A DNA stretch of 49,146 nucleotides from Bacillales bacterium UBA1361 (GCA_002306335.1 DBRT01000037.1:329-49474), one strand, 5' to 3'; counted from the stretch's first letter, positions 1-10,178 are shown. Program-made: numbers and translations. The notes: generated from the letters alone by a model not told the origin.

Positions 1-2
1 GT

Positions 3-800
3 GAAACTTCAGGTGCGGGGTTATGGGCACCAGATATCGTTAAAATTGGTAATACATATAACTTATATTATTCGCTTTCAGCATGGGGCGATCCTAATCC
101 TGGGATTGGTGTAGCAACAGGGCCTTCACCCTTAGGCCCATTTACTGACCAAGGCAAAATCTTTGATAGTAATGAAATTGGTGTTTATAACTCAATTGAC
201 CAAGCAGTATTTGTTGATACAGATAATCGTGTTTACATGTTTTGGGGCAGTTTTAGCGGCATTTACGCTGTGGAATTAACTGCTGATGGGCTTGGCGTCA
301 AAGGTACTATCGCTGAAGCAAACGCTAATAAAGTACTTGTCGCTGGTGTTGATAACAAGCGATGGGACATTGGAAATTACGAAGGTGCTTATATCATTCG
401 TGAGCGCGGTTATTACTATATGTTCCTTTCAACGGGGACATGTTGCGAAGGTCACCACTCAACTTATGAAGTGCGTGTGTGTCGCAGTGAAAGTATCTTA
501 GGACCTTATTACGACAAAGCTGGGAACTTAATGACTTATCGGCAAAATCTAGGCACGCTAGTTGTGCGTGGTAATGATGACTTTGCTGGGGTTGGGCATA
601 ACTCAATTGTCAAAGATGACGCTGGTGAAAGTTATATTGTTTATCACGGTTTTGATAAATTTGAAGATCCTTATTATGGGACTACAAATCGCCGTGCATT
701 ATTAATTGATAAATTAGTGTGGGACAAGGAACATTGGCCAAGTGTTGAAGGCTTAGGACCTTCACGTGGGGCCGAGAGACCTTATATTGCACCACGCTAA
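3..800 (+). CDS. Glycoside hydrolase family 43-like (arabinanase/xylosidase type), 5' end cut by window edge
   Basis: The frame of the 237..800 ORF stays open back to nt 3 (ETSGAGLWAPDIVKIGNTYNLYYSLSAWG...). GH43-like strings present: WAPDI, YYMFLS, GVGHNS. Confidence 0.75.
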   Translation, partial: ETSGAGLWAPDIVKIGNTYNLYYSLSAWGDPNPGIGVATGPSPLGPFTDQGKIFDSNEIGVYNSIDQAVFVDTDNRVYMFWGSFSGIYAVELTADGLGVKGTIAEANANKVLVAGVDNKRWDIGNYEGAYIIRERGYYYMFLSTGTCCEGHHSTYEVRVCRSESILGPYYDKAGNLMTYRQNLGTLVVRGNDDFAGVGHNSIVKDDAGESYIVYHGFDKFEDPYYGTTNRRALLIDKLVWDKEHWPSVEGLGPSRGAERPYIAPR

Positions 801-828
801 CAATATATATTTAGGAAAGGTAAAAATT

Positions 829-2154
829 ATGAAAAAGAAAACGATTCCATTATTACTACTTGCTCTCGTATTAACGGGCTGCGGACAAACAAGTGAAAAA
901 CCTAGCCAACCCGGTGGAGGTGGTGAAGGTAGTGTTGAAGTATCATTACCGACATTTGAGAATGTCGCCTTAACTTACGGTAACCCAATTACGGGTGCAG
1001 ATGGAACAGCAATGCGTCGCCTTGTCCGTGAATTTAATGAAGAATATCAAGGACAAATTACGGTGACTGAATCATTTATGCCGGAAGTAGATTTCTATGA
1101 ATCACTTGTTGCGACAATTCCAATGAAACGTTCATTTGATATTGCTTTAATTCATAGTTATCGTGTACCATCATTCGCTAATAAAAACTTATTATTCCCG
1201 CTCGATAATTTAACAGCATCGACGGGAGTTGATATAACGCGTGAAAATTATATTGAAGATGTGTATGATGCGATGATTTGGGACAATAAGCAATATGGTG
1301 TCCCGCTTGATGTACATAGCATTATGCTTTATTACAATAAAGATTTACTTGCGCAACATGGCTGCGAAGTCCCGACTAATCGCGCAGAATTAATCGCTGC
1401 GGCGAAAAAGATGCCACAAACTAATGCTGGTGGCTGGGGCTTACCGCTTTCAACAACATGGCCAAGTGAATATATTTTTACAACAGCTTTATATCAAAAT
1501 GGCGGGAAAGAAATTGATAAAAATACTTTAATGCCAGCCTTTAATAACACTGCTGGGGAAAAAGCACTGAAAGCAGTGGCGGATTTAATTCATATTGAAA
1601 AGATTTCACCACTTAATGTGAATGTTGATGCTGATTTACTCATGTTCCAACAAGGGAAAGCAATGTTCCACATTAACGGGAACTGGATGCTTAATAGTCT
1701 TGTTGATTCAGGAATTAATTTTGGTGTTACTTCCTTAGCGGATATGTTTGTTGATACACCAACTGCGGATAGCAAAAAAGTTGCAAGCCGTAGTCACACC
1801 TTTGTTTTACCACAAGGGCGAAATGAAACAATCAAGCAACAAGCTGCATTAGTGTTTATTAAATATGTTACTGAAAATGCATATTTATGGGCAGAAAGTG
1901 GCGGACATATTCCCGCAAGTAATATTGCGCGTAATACCGAGGAATATTTAGCGCTCCCATATCATCAAACTTATGGTGATGTTAATATGTATACACTTAA
2001 TGAACCTTCCCCATATTATTACGAAGCTTTTGCACCAGTCTTTAGCCGTGTAACAACGGCCATGAGTGACGCTACATATGATGCGATGGCTTTACTTAAC
2101 GCTGCGGCGGAAGAAGGTGAACAAGCCGTCTTAATTGCGCAACTTGAAGGTTAA
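829..2154 (+). CDS. ABC sugar transporter substrate-binding lipoprotein (family 1 SBP)
   Basis: ATG at 829 follows an AGGAAAGG RBS. Lipoprotein signal MKKKTIPLLLLALVLTGC. Length and sequence fit a carbohydrate SBP. Sits directly upstream of two permease genes. Confidence 0.85.
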   Translation: MKKKTIPLLLLALVLTGCGQTSEKPSQPGGGGEGSVEVSLPTFENVALTYGNPITGADGTAMRRLVREFNEEYQGQITVTESFMPEVDFYESLVATIPMKRSFDIALIHSYRVPSFANKNLLFPLDNLTASTGVDITRENYIEDVYDAMIWDNKQYGVPLDVHSIMLYYNKDLLAQHGCEVPTNRAELIAAAKKMPQTNAGGWGLPLSTTWPSEYIFTTALYQNGGKEIDKNTLMPAFNNTAGEKALKAVADLIHIEKISPLNVNVDADLLMFQQGKAMFHINGNWMLNSLVDSGINFGVTSLADMFVDTPTADSKKVASRSHTFVLPQGRNETIKQQAALVFIKYVTENAYLWAESGGHIPASNIARNTEEYLALPYHQTYGDVNMYTLNEPSPYYYEAFAPVFSRVTTAMSDATYDAMALLNAAAEEGEQAVLIAQLEG

Positions 2155-2173
2155 AGGAAAGTTGATATAAATC

Positions 2174-3145
2174 ATGGATGCCAAACAAAAATTAAAGCTG
2201 AAAGAAGGAATTAAACGCTACTTAACAGTGGCCTTCTTCCTATTGCCTTATATCGCCTTATTTGCGACATTCTTTATCTTTCCGCTTTTCTTTGGTGTTT
2301 ATATTTCCTTTTTCCGCTATAACGTCTTTGATCCAAGTGCTAGTAAGTTTATTGGCTTTGATAACTACAAATTAGCGATCTCAGGCTTAACAATTGGTAC
2401 AACGAATGTAACGTATTACGCAAAGATGTTTTGGGGATCACTAAAGAACACGCTACTTTTCGTCTGTGTTTCTGTTCCCTTATTAATTATTATTCCGATC
2501 TTTATTGCAATCTTAATTGATATCCAACCACGCTTTTACAAAGTATTTCGAGTAATCTTTTTCTTACCGACGATTCTTTCAATTTCCGCGGTTGGGATCA
2601 TTTTCAAATGGCAATTTGATACGCAATATGGCTTTGTAAATGGGTTAATTCGCGTGTTCGGTGGTAAAGAAGTTGCATGGCTTAATTCGCAACCTTATGC
2701 ATGGATTGCGATTGTAGTAACGACAATTTGGTGGACAATTGGGACAAATACAGTCATTATTGGCGCCGGCTTAAAAGAAGTCGATAAACAGATGTACGAA
2801 GCTGCGGAAGTTGATGGCGCTAGTTATCCGCGGGTGATTTGGAGTATTGCTTTGCCTAGTATTAAAAATCAAATCTTTATCATTGTGTTTACGACAATTA
2901 TCGCTAGTTTTAATATTTATGGTCAGCCCGATATCTTAACGGGTGGTGGACCAGCACCAAGCGGGACTGTCGCGGCTGGTACACCAGGCACGACAACTGT
3001 TGTAATGATGGTAATTCGCGGGTTAATGACTGGTGTTAATCGTCAACCTGGTTTAGCAGCGGCGATGTCACTAATTTTTGGTTCATTTATCTTAGTTGTT
3101 AGTCTTGGGCAAGCTGCATACAACAAATATAGGGAGAAATACTAA
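2174..3145 (+). CDS. ABC sugar transporter permease (MalF/UgpA-like)
   Basis: Multi-TM protein with an EAA-type loop (YEAAEVDGASYPRVIWSIALP). Its stop overlaps the next start (TAATG). Confidence 0.85.
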   Translation: MDAKQKLKLKEGIKRYLTVAFFLLPYIALFATFFIFPLFFGVYISFFRYNVFDPSASKFIGFDNYKLAISGLTIGTTNVTYYAKMFWGSLKNTLLFVCVSVPLLIIIPIFIAILIDIQPRFYKVFRVIFFLPTILSISAVGIIFKWQFDTQYGFVNGLIRVFGGKEVAWLNSQPYAWIAIVVTTIWWTIGTNTVIIGAGLKEVDKQMYEAAEVDGASYPRVIWSIALPSIKNQIFIIVFTTIIASFNIYGQPDILTGGGPAPSGTVAAGTPGTTTVVMMVIRGLMTGVNRQPGLAAAMSLIFGSFILVVSLGQAAYNKYREKY

Positions 3146-4011
3146 TGGCAATTAAAAGTGGAGTGAAGCGCCGGAAACGTGTCGCATTTATTATTCTCTT
3201 AGTGCTGAGCATCTTATGGGTACTACCGCTTTTATGGGCGCTTGGTACTTCGTTTAAAAGCGCAAACGATATGCGCACGAATGTAATTACGATTATTCCG
3301 CGTGAATTTACCTTTGGTAATTATAAAAATTTATTTGATAATAGCGCGGTATATCCTATTTTTAAATGGTTACGCAATAGTGCCCTTATTGCGATAATTC
3401 ATACGCTTTTATATTTAATTATTGCTTCCATGGCAGCCTATGCTTTTGGGGTAATGCGCTGGAAGGGTCGTAATATTGTTTTTGGTTTTTTACTAGCGAC
3501 AATGGCGATTCCGACGGTGATTAACTTAACGCCGCTATTTACGATGGTCATTCGTTTTGGCTGGCTTGATAGTGAAGCAGCATGGAAATCAATTTTTGCG
3601 CTTATTGTGCCAGGACTAGGCGGAACATTTGGGCTCTTTATTATGCGGCAATTCTTTATGAATATACCCTATGACTTAGTCGAAAGTGCGCAAATTGAAG
3701 GCTTAGGCCATTTTGGTGTGTATCGTAAAATTATTTTACCCTTAGGGAAATCCGCGGTGATGGTTGCGGGACTATTTGCTTTTATGGGAAGTTGGAATGA
3801 CTACTTATGGCCGACTTTAACCGCTGCAGTGCACTTTGATCAAAATTGGTATACATTACAAACTGGGTTAGCGACAATGCAAAGTCAAAGTAATTATGAC
3901 CCCGGTCAAGTAATGGCAGCAGCGATTATTTCGATTATTCCAGTATTAATCGTTTATATGTTTGTTCAAGATAAGATTATTGAAGGTGTCAGTCACACCG
4001 GTATTAAATAG
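3145..4011 (+). CDS. ABC sugar transporter permease (MalG/UgpE-like)
   Basis: Multi-TM protein with an EAA loop (VESAQIEGLGHFGVYRKIILP). RBS AGGGAG upstream. Confidence 0.85.
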   Translation: MAIKSGVKRRKRVAFIILLVLSILWVLPLLWALGTSFKSANDMRTNVITIIPREFTFGNYKNLFDNSAVYPIFKWLRNSALIAIIHTLLYLIIASMAAYAFGVMRWKGRNIVFGFLLATMAIPTVINLTPLFTMVIRFGWLDSEAAWKSIFALIVPGLGGTFGLFIMRQFFMNIPYDLVESAQIEGLGHFGVYRKIILPLGKSAVMVAGLFAFMGSWNDYLWPTLTAAVHFDQNWYTLQTGLATMQSQSNYDPGQVMAAAIISIIPVLIVYMFVQDKIIEGVSHTGIK

Positions 4012-4028
4012 AAGGGAGCATTAACTAT

Positions 4029-5765
4029 ATGTATCGCAAAGAATATCCGCGTCCCGCTCTTGTGCGCAAAGAGTGGCTAAATCTAAACGGAATATGGGAT
4101 TTTGCTTTTGATGATGATAATGTTGGGTTAAACGAAAATTGGGTTGAAAAGGGAAAGTTTCCCTTAAAAATAAATGTACCGTTTGCGTTCCAAACGCCAT
4201 TAAGCGGGATTAATGACCCTAGTTTTCATGATTATGTGTGGTATCGGCGTTTCTTTAGTGTTAAAAAAGAAGAAGGTAAACGCTTTATCTTACATTTTGG
4301 TGCGGTTGATTATGAATGTAAAATATATTTAAATAAAAAACATATTGGTGATCATATTGGTGGCCAAGTTCCATTTAGTTTTGATGTCACTGATTTTTTA
4401 AATTTTAATGAAGAAGAACTAGTAGTGTGGGTTAGTGACCCAAGTACAGAATTAAGTATGCCGCGTGGTAAACAATACTGGAAAGAAAAATCAGAAGTAA
4501 TCTGGTATAACCGCACGACCGGAATTTGGCAAACAGTGTGGTTAGAAATCGTTCCAGAGGCATATGTTAAAAGTATGCGCATTACCCCACTTTTTGATGA
4601 AGGTAAGGTTCATTTTTCCTTAAGTTTTAGTCAAGTTGGTAGAGAACTTATTCTTGAAGATGAAAATGGCAAAATTAAATATGCTAAAGTACCTAATAAA
4701 TTAACACATGAATTTACTGTTCAAACTTTTTTAGACGAGCAAGATTTTATAACAAAAGCGTGGTCACCAGAAAACCCGCATTTATTCCCGTTTAAATTAC
4801 GGTATGGTGATGATTTGATTTCAAGTTACTTCGGTATGCGCAAGGTTCACGCTGATAAGGGGATTACATATTTAAATAATAAGCCCTATTATATGAAACT
4901 TGTGCTCGACCAAGGTTATTGGCCACAAAGCTTAGTGACGCCACCGAGTAAAGAAGCGCTAGAATATGATATAAAAATGGCGAAAGCAATGGGCTTTAAC
5001 GGGGCACGTAAGCATCAAAAATGTGAAGATCCTTATTTTGCTTATTACGCTGATAAATTAGGTTTCTTAGTGTGGGGTGAAATGGCTAGTTCGATTCGCT
5101 TTAGTGAAAAATCAGCGTGGCGTGATAAACATGAATGGCCACAAATTATTGCTCGCGACTATAATCATCCGTCAATCGTCGCGTGGGTCCCACTTAATGA
5201 AAGTTGGGGTGTTGATGATATTGGTCACGATAAACGGCAACAACAACATGCACTTGAGTTGTATTATTTAATTAAAAGTTTAGATAATACGCGCTTCGTT
5301 GTTGGGAATGACGGTTGGGAACAAGTAATTACCGATATTTGTGCGATTCATAATTATAATCATGGTCGTCATGATGATAAAGACGCCATTGCTGCTTTTA
5401 ATAAATCAATTAGCACAAAAGAAGAATTACTGAAGTCAAGACCAGCGAATCGCGATATATATGCAGAGGGTTATAGTTATCGCGGTGAACCGATTCTTTT
5501 AACTGAATTTGGGGGAATTAGTTATCAAATGAATGAAGATAAGGGTTGGGGCTATACTGCGGTTGGTGACGCAGAGCATTTACTAAGTGAATATAAACGC
5601 ATTATTTTAGCAATTAAAGAAAGCACTGCTCTTGTCGGATATTGCTATACGCAATTAACTGATGTTGAACAAGAAACTAATGGACTATTAACACATGACC
5701 GGAAGCCAAAACTTCCAGTTGAAAAAGTAAAGGAGGTGAATGACTTAATTCAAAAATATAAGTAG
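4029..5765 (+). CDS. Glycoside hydrolase family 2-like, cytoplasmic (no signal peptide)
   Basis: N-terminal sugar-binding-like region. Clan GH-A catalytic strings: WVPLNESWG (acid/base NE) and ILLTEFGGI (nucleophile E). RBS GAAGGGAG. Confidence 0.75.
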   Translation: MYRKEYPRPALVRKEWLNLNGIWDFAFDDDNVGLNENWVEKGKFPLKINVPFAFQTPLSGINDPSFHDYVWYRRFFSVKKEEGKRFILHFGAVDYECKIYLNKKHIGDHIGGQVPFSFDVTDFLNFNEEELVVWVSDPSTELSMPRGKQYWKEKSEVIWYNRTTGIWQTVWLEIVPEAYVKSMRITPLFDEGKVHFSLSFSQVGRELILEDENGKIKYAKVPNKLTHEFTVQTFLDEQDFITKAWSPENPHLFPFKLRYGDDLISSYFGMRKVHADKGITYLNNKPYYMKLVLDQGYWPQSLVTPPSKEALEYDIKMAKAMGFNGARKHQKCEDPYFAYYADKLGFLVWGEMASSIRFSEKSAWRDKHEWPQIIARDYNHPSIVAWVPLNESWGVDDIGHDKRQQQHALELYYLIKSLDNTRFVVGNDGWEQVITDICAIHNYNHGRHDDKDAIAAFNKSISTKEELLKSRPANRDIYAEGYSYRGEPILLTEFGGISYQMNEDKGWGYTAVGDAEHLLSEYKRIILAIKESTALVGYCYTQLTDVEQETNGLLTHDRKPKLPVEKVKEVNDLIQKYK

Positions 5766-5859
5766 TTAGCACATCTTTTCGCCACTGTAGGAACGAGCAC
5801 TACCCATAATTAAGAGGCGAAAAAAAGATTACTAATAAAGTTTGATGAAAGGAGAAAAT

Positions 5860-7653
5860 ATGAAAAAAAGAACATCAAAATTAATCATGTTATTACTTGG
5901 TCTCTCTTTACTTGCGGGTTGTTTTAAAACACCTTCAAGTGAAAAACCGCCAGTAAGTTCGGAACAGCCACCTGTAACAAGTGTGACGACTGAAGAGCCA
6001 CCAGTATCTTCAGAAGAACCTAGTGAGCCACCGGTAAGCTCTGAAGAGCCACTAAGCTCAGAAGTTGAACCAGGTGAGCCAATCAAATTAGGGGACGCTG
6101 CTGCTGCGCTTGCCGATCCTAATGAAATGTATTTACAAGTTGGTGAAAAGGTAAATCTCACATATGCTCGAATTGTTGATAATGTACCTCGCATCCAATT
6201 TACTGTTGAAGATGGTGTCGCTTATGACGCACTTAAATTATTCGTCAAATTCCCTGGCGAAGTAGGTAAACGCTATAAGGTTAATGCGGCATTTACTGCT
6301 GCTGCGGCCTTTACTGGCACAATTAATGGCGAACGCTTCGATTTTATTCGTGGTGAAAACAATTTAGAATTTTATTACGATGAACTAGAAAATGAAGTTA
6401 GCATTGCCTTTGTCTTTGGCTTTAATGAAGAAGGTTTAGGCCTAAAAGCCAACAATATTACTTTTGGCGAAGTTAGTATTTCCGAACGCGTTTATGATGA
6501 TCCAGAAACAACGCTTGCTGTTGATGGTGATATCAGCGATTGGAGTAATCTCAAAGCTTTTGAAAACACCGTTGGTGTCCATAGTAACACCGCAGAAGTC
6601 AAGCACAAGAGTGTCGACTTCTATGCAAGCTTGACAAGCACTGGGTTATACTTAGCCGCCGAAGCATATCACGATATTCTCATTGAAGAAAGTGAACACT
6701 GGTGGCAAAGCACTAACTTTGAAATCTTTATTAAGGGTAATAACCAATACTGGGTTAGTGCGCGTAAAGTTGATGGTGCATTCACTAAACGCGATAATGT
6801 TACAGAAGCCGCAATGGTGACAACCCCATTAACGGGTGAAGGTGTCGCTAATTTCCGTACAATTGCTGAAATGTTTATTGCTAACGCTAACTTACCAGAA
6901 GCCGCGGTTGTTGGTGGTGAAATCCGTGTTGGTTTTGCTTGGAAGACAGATGGTGACTTATTAGATAACGGTGAAGCTGCTGGTGGTGGTCTTGACTGTT
7001 ACTGGGTACCAAAAGGTACTTGGACGAATAATGCTGACCAAACATTCGTGACGATTAACGGGATTTTCAAGCAAACACAATTAACATTTGAACCAACGAC
7101 CATGACAATTGATGGTGACTTAACTGATTGGGAAGAAAAAGCTGCTTACACTACTAACAAAATTTATATTGAAGGTAGTGATGCAACAAACCATAAGAAT
7201 GTTACATTCATGGCTTTCTTAAATGATGAAGGACTCTTCCTTGCCGCTTTAGCGCACCATGATGTCTTAATTAATAATGAAGAAATGTGGCACTCTAATA
7301 CGAACTTTGAATTCTTCCTTAATGGTGGAAATCAGTATTATGTTACCGCAGCAGGGCAAGTAAGCTATGGTAAAGGTATTATTGTGACACAAGCATACAA
7401 AGGCGAACCGTATGCAGAATATGAATCAGTGGCCGAATTCTTTATTCCGCGCTGGGCACTCCCAGAAGGTGATATGCACCGCGTTGGCTTTGCGTGGAAG
7501 ACTAATGGCGACACGGCAACTGGTTTAGGTGGCAGTGGTGGTGGACCAGATGCGTGGTGGTTTGAAGCTGGACACTTCCCAAATAATGCTGACGAACAAT
7601 ACTATGTTACCGCTGAAGGTCTCTTTAGAACTGATCCAACACCTGCTCCATAA
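5860..7653 (+). CDS. Surface lipoprotein with P/S/E-rich linker and two tandem CBM9/DOMON-like modules
   Basis: ATG at 5860 follows AAAGGAG. Signal MKKRTSKLIMLLLGLSLLAGC. Two ~195-aa modules each start DGD(I/L)(S/T)DW and contain GL(Y/F)LAA..(Y/A)HD, STNFE(I/F)F and VGFAWKT(D/N)GD. Confidence 0.8.
   Translation: MKKRTSKLIMLLLGLSLLAGCFKTPSSEKPPVSSEQPPVTSVTTEEPPVSSEEPSEPPVSSEEPLSSEVEPGEPIKLGDAAAALADPNEMYLQVGEKVNLTYARIVDNVPRIQFTVEDGVAYDALKLFVKFPGEVGKRYKVNAAFTAAAAFTGTINGERFDFIRGENNLEFYYDELENEVSIAFVFGFNEEGLGLKANNITFGEVSISERVYDDPETTLAVDGDISDWSNLKAFENTVGVHSNTAEVKHKSVDFYASLTSTGLYLAAEAYHDILIEESEHWWQSTNFEIFIKGNNQYWVSARKVDGAFTKRDNVTEAAMVTTPLTGEGVANFRTIAEMFIANANLPEAAVVGGEIRVGFAWKTDGDLLDNGEAAGGGLDCYWVPKGTWTNNADQTFVTINGIFKQTQLTFEPTTMTIDGDLTDWEEKAAYTTNKIYIEGSDATNHKNVTFMAFLNDEGLFLAALAHHDVLINNEEMWHSNTNFEFFLNGGNQYYVTAAGQVSYGKGIIVTQAYKGEPYAEYESVAEFFIPRWALPEGDMHRVGFAWKTNGDTATGLGGSGGGPDAWWFEAGHFPNNADEQYYVTAEGLFRTDPTPAP
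5941..6065 (+). repeat. Imperfect tandem coding repeats (E-x-PPV(S/T)S units) forming a lipoprotein linker
   Basis: EKPPVSSEQPPVTSVTTEEPPVSSEEPSEPPVSSEEPLSSE is read directly from the sequence. Confidence 0.8.
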
Positions 7654-7710
7654 TTAAACAATAAAGTTTAGACATAAATAATACTCAGATAATTTCATTA
7701 TTATCTCTAT

Positions 7711-7745
7711 CTCCTCGCACACACCGTGCGAGGAGACCTTGTTTA
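7711..7745 (+). terminator. GC-rich hairpin after the CBM lipoprotein gene
   Basis: CTCCTCGCAC-acacc-GTGCGAGGAG gives a perfect 10-bp stem. The trailing T-run is weak (accttgttt). Confidence 0.5.
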
Positions 7746-7896
7746 CAAAATGCTCGTAATTAAGAATTTGTTCCTAGTTATATCATTAATAGGACCTTTT
7801 CTATTATTTAGTGGCAAAATCAGCATTTATTACTGCAAAACATACTTATTTTATGTATAATTAAAATGTATTTATACAATGGAAAAGGATAATTTT

Positions 7897-8859
7897 ATGA
7901 AATTATATGTTTTAGAAAATGACTTGCTTAAAGTAACTTTTTTAGATGTCGGTGCTAGTATTTATTCCTTTAGTGTTAAGGCGCTAGATAACCGCAATAT
8001 TGTCTTAACAACAAAAGACAAAAACATTTATAAAGAACCACCGAAGAATGCTTATTTTGGCGCTACTGTTGGGCGGGTTGGTGGCAGGATTGCTAACGGT
8101 GAATTTATAATTGATGGCAAGAAGTATCAAGCCGTGCAAAATGAAAAAGTAACTAATTCACTACACGGCGGATTTGAAAGTTATGCCGCTAAACTTTTTG
8201 AAGTAGTGGAGGAAAAGGAAGATTATATTACTTTCCGTTATGTAAGTAGGGACGGTGAAGGGGGTTATCCTGGTGAACTTGAACTATATGTTAAATACAC
8301 ATTACTAGATAACTGTTTAGCGCTTGATTACGAAGCACGGACAACAAAGAAAACATTAGTGAACATTATTAATCATAGTTACTTTAATTTAAATGGTAAA
8401 GGTGACATTTTAAAACATAAGGTTAGCGCTGATGTTGAAGCAGTATTTGCGCTTGACGATAAACAAATTAACTTACTGCCTCTTAAAGTAAGAAAAGGCG
8501 ACACTTTTGACTTAAGCACTGGTAAAAAGTTAGAAAAAATGGTGTTTGCCAAAGAAGTAAATGTACCACCGATGGGCGGGGTTGACCATTTACTTGTTAC
8601 TCCAAAGCGGAAATTAACGCTTGAAGGTGAAGACTTACGCTTAATAGTTCTTAGTGATTATCCAGCAGTGCAAATTTATAGTACAAACTATCCGCCGGAA
8701 GTAACACTACTTGAAGGCACAAAAGTTATAAAATATGGCGGGTTAGCAATTGAACCAGCGGATATTGTCTGCGGGCAAAATGGTGAATTTAAAAACCTGG
8801 AACTATGTCCAGGTGAAGTTTATAAGCGCCGTATTAAATATATTGTTGAATTACTTTAA
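7897..8859 (+). CDS. galM: Aldose 1-epimerase (galactose mutarotase)
   Basis: ATG at 7897 follows AAAGGAT. Mutarotase-like sequence (GATVGRVGGRIANG, NSLHGG, NHSYFNL). Adjacent to galK. Confidence 0.8.
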   Translation: MKLYVLENDLLKVTFLDVGASIYSFSVKALDNRNIVLTTKDKNIYKEPPKNAYFGATVGRVGGRIANGEFIIDGKKYQAVQNEKVTNSLHGGFESYAAKLFEVVEEKEDYITFRYVSRDGEGGYPGELELYVKYTLLDNCLALDYEARTTKKTLVNIINHSYFNLNGKGDILKHKVSADVEAVFALDDKQINLLPLKVRKGDTFDLSTGKKLEKMVFAKEVNVPPMGGVDHLLVTPKRKLTLEGEDLRLIVLSDYPAVQIYSTNYPPEVTLLEGTKVIKYGGLAIEPADIVCGQNGEFKNLELCPGEVYKRRIKYIVELL

Positions 8860-10011
8860 TTCATGAGTGCCATCACTACTATCACTAGCGAAGAATGACG
8901 GTGCATAACCTATAACTTTCTTATATAAATCAATGACAAGTGGAGCTTGCTTCTCCACTTTTTCTTTTGGCACAATCGCAATTGCGCATCCGCCAAAGCC
9001 GGCACCAGTCATCCTGGCTCCGATTGCTCCTGTTTCTAAAAGGAGAAGAACAATGGTATCAAGTTCAAGCCCTGTTACTTCGTAATCATCGCGTAACGAA
9101 TTATGTGAAGCGGTTAAAAGCTTGGCAAATTCTTCAATTTTCCCCTCTTTCAAAAGCATAGCGCTTTCTAGTGTCCGTTCTTGTTCGGTAATAATATGGC
9201 GAACTCTGCGAAATAGAAGCGGGTCAAGCAGTTTTTCAATTTGTGGTAAATCACTGCTCTTAAGTTCTGTTAAATTATTTATTTTAAAATGATTCTTTAA
9301 TGTTTTAAGTGCTCCCATTGTTTCATTCCAGCGTTCATTGTATTTAGAATCCGCTAAACCGCGCCGCTTATTCGTATTAACAATGACAAGTTGATAATCT
9401 TTGAGGTCAAGCGGGATATAATCAAACTTTAGCGTGTTTGTGTTAAGGAGCAGTGCATTATTCTTTTTCCCGTTAGCGATAACGAACTGGTCCATAATCC
9501 CTGTTAAAACACCAATGTATTCGTTTTCAACTTTTTTTCCTAACACGGCCATTTTTGTGCGATCAATACCGAAATTAAATATATCATTAAGCATTTTAAT
9601 AATAAGCAGTTCAAGTGATGAAGAAGATGATAGTCCGCCACTTGTGGGCATGTCACTTTCTAGATAGAGATTAAGACCGTGTGGCACATGATAACCTTCA
9701 TCTTTTAAAACTTGAAACACACCGCGCACATAATTTGCCCAACCAGTAAAGGAGTCTTTTGATAAGTCCCCAAGATTAATTGTGATTGGGTAATCACTAT
9801 AGCCAGTTGAATAAAGGCGAACTTCGTCGTCATCACGCAAGCTATATGCCCCGTACGTCCCAATTGAGAGTGCTACAGGAAGTACAAGCCCGCCATGATA
9901 ATCAATATGTTCACCAATTAAATTAACTCTTCCTGGTGAAAAATATACCGCAACTGGTGGAGTGTTATAAATAGCGGCAAAGCGATGTTTAATATGATCT
10001 TTAATTGTCAT
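8851..10011 (-). CDS. galK: Galactokinase
   Basis: Galactokinase signature GRVNLIGEHIDYHGG, GHMP kinase motif PTSGGLSSSSS, C-terminal MTGAGFGGC. Confidence 0.92.
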   Translation of the reverse strand: MTIKDHIKHRFAAIYNTPPVAVYFSPGRVNLIGEHIDYHGGLVLPVALSIGTYGAYSLRDDDEVRLYSTGYSDYPITINLGDLSKDSFTGWANYVRGVFQVLKDEGYHVPHGLNLYLESDMPTSGGLSSSSSLELLIIKMLNDIFNFGIDRTKMAVLGKKVENEYIGVLTGIMDQFVIANGKKNNALLLNTNTLKFDYIPLDLKDYQLVIVNTNKRRGLADSKYNERWNETMGALKTLKNHFKINNLTELKSSDLPQIEKLLDPLLFRRVRHIITEQERTLESAMLLKEGKIEEFAKLLTASHNSLRDDYEVTGLELDTIVLLLLETGAIGARMTGAGFGGCAIAIVPKEKVEKQAPLVIDLYKKVIGYAPSFFASDSSDGTHELK

Positions 10012-10178
10012 AAGTTTGTCTCCTTTGTGATGAGATTTTAAGTATATATCAAATATATTTTACCCTATTTCATTTTTAATTACTCTATGAGTAATAATTA
10101 TCAAGTAATCACAAAAAATTGAATTTTAACTACCGTTAAATTATTGGATAGGTTATAATTTAAGAAGGAGGATAATTT

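Noticed and set aside
5832-6194. 120-codon minus-strand ORF. Similar internal or antisense ORFs include 286-501, 394-606, 1590-1775, 4352-4582, 9434-9667, 15761-16035, 16855-17182, 17888-18142, 37538-37781 and 46044-46349.
   Set aside because: All lie inside, and antisense or out of frame to, CDSs with strong family signatures. They have low-complexity or junk-like translations and no SD sites.
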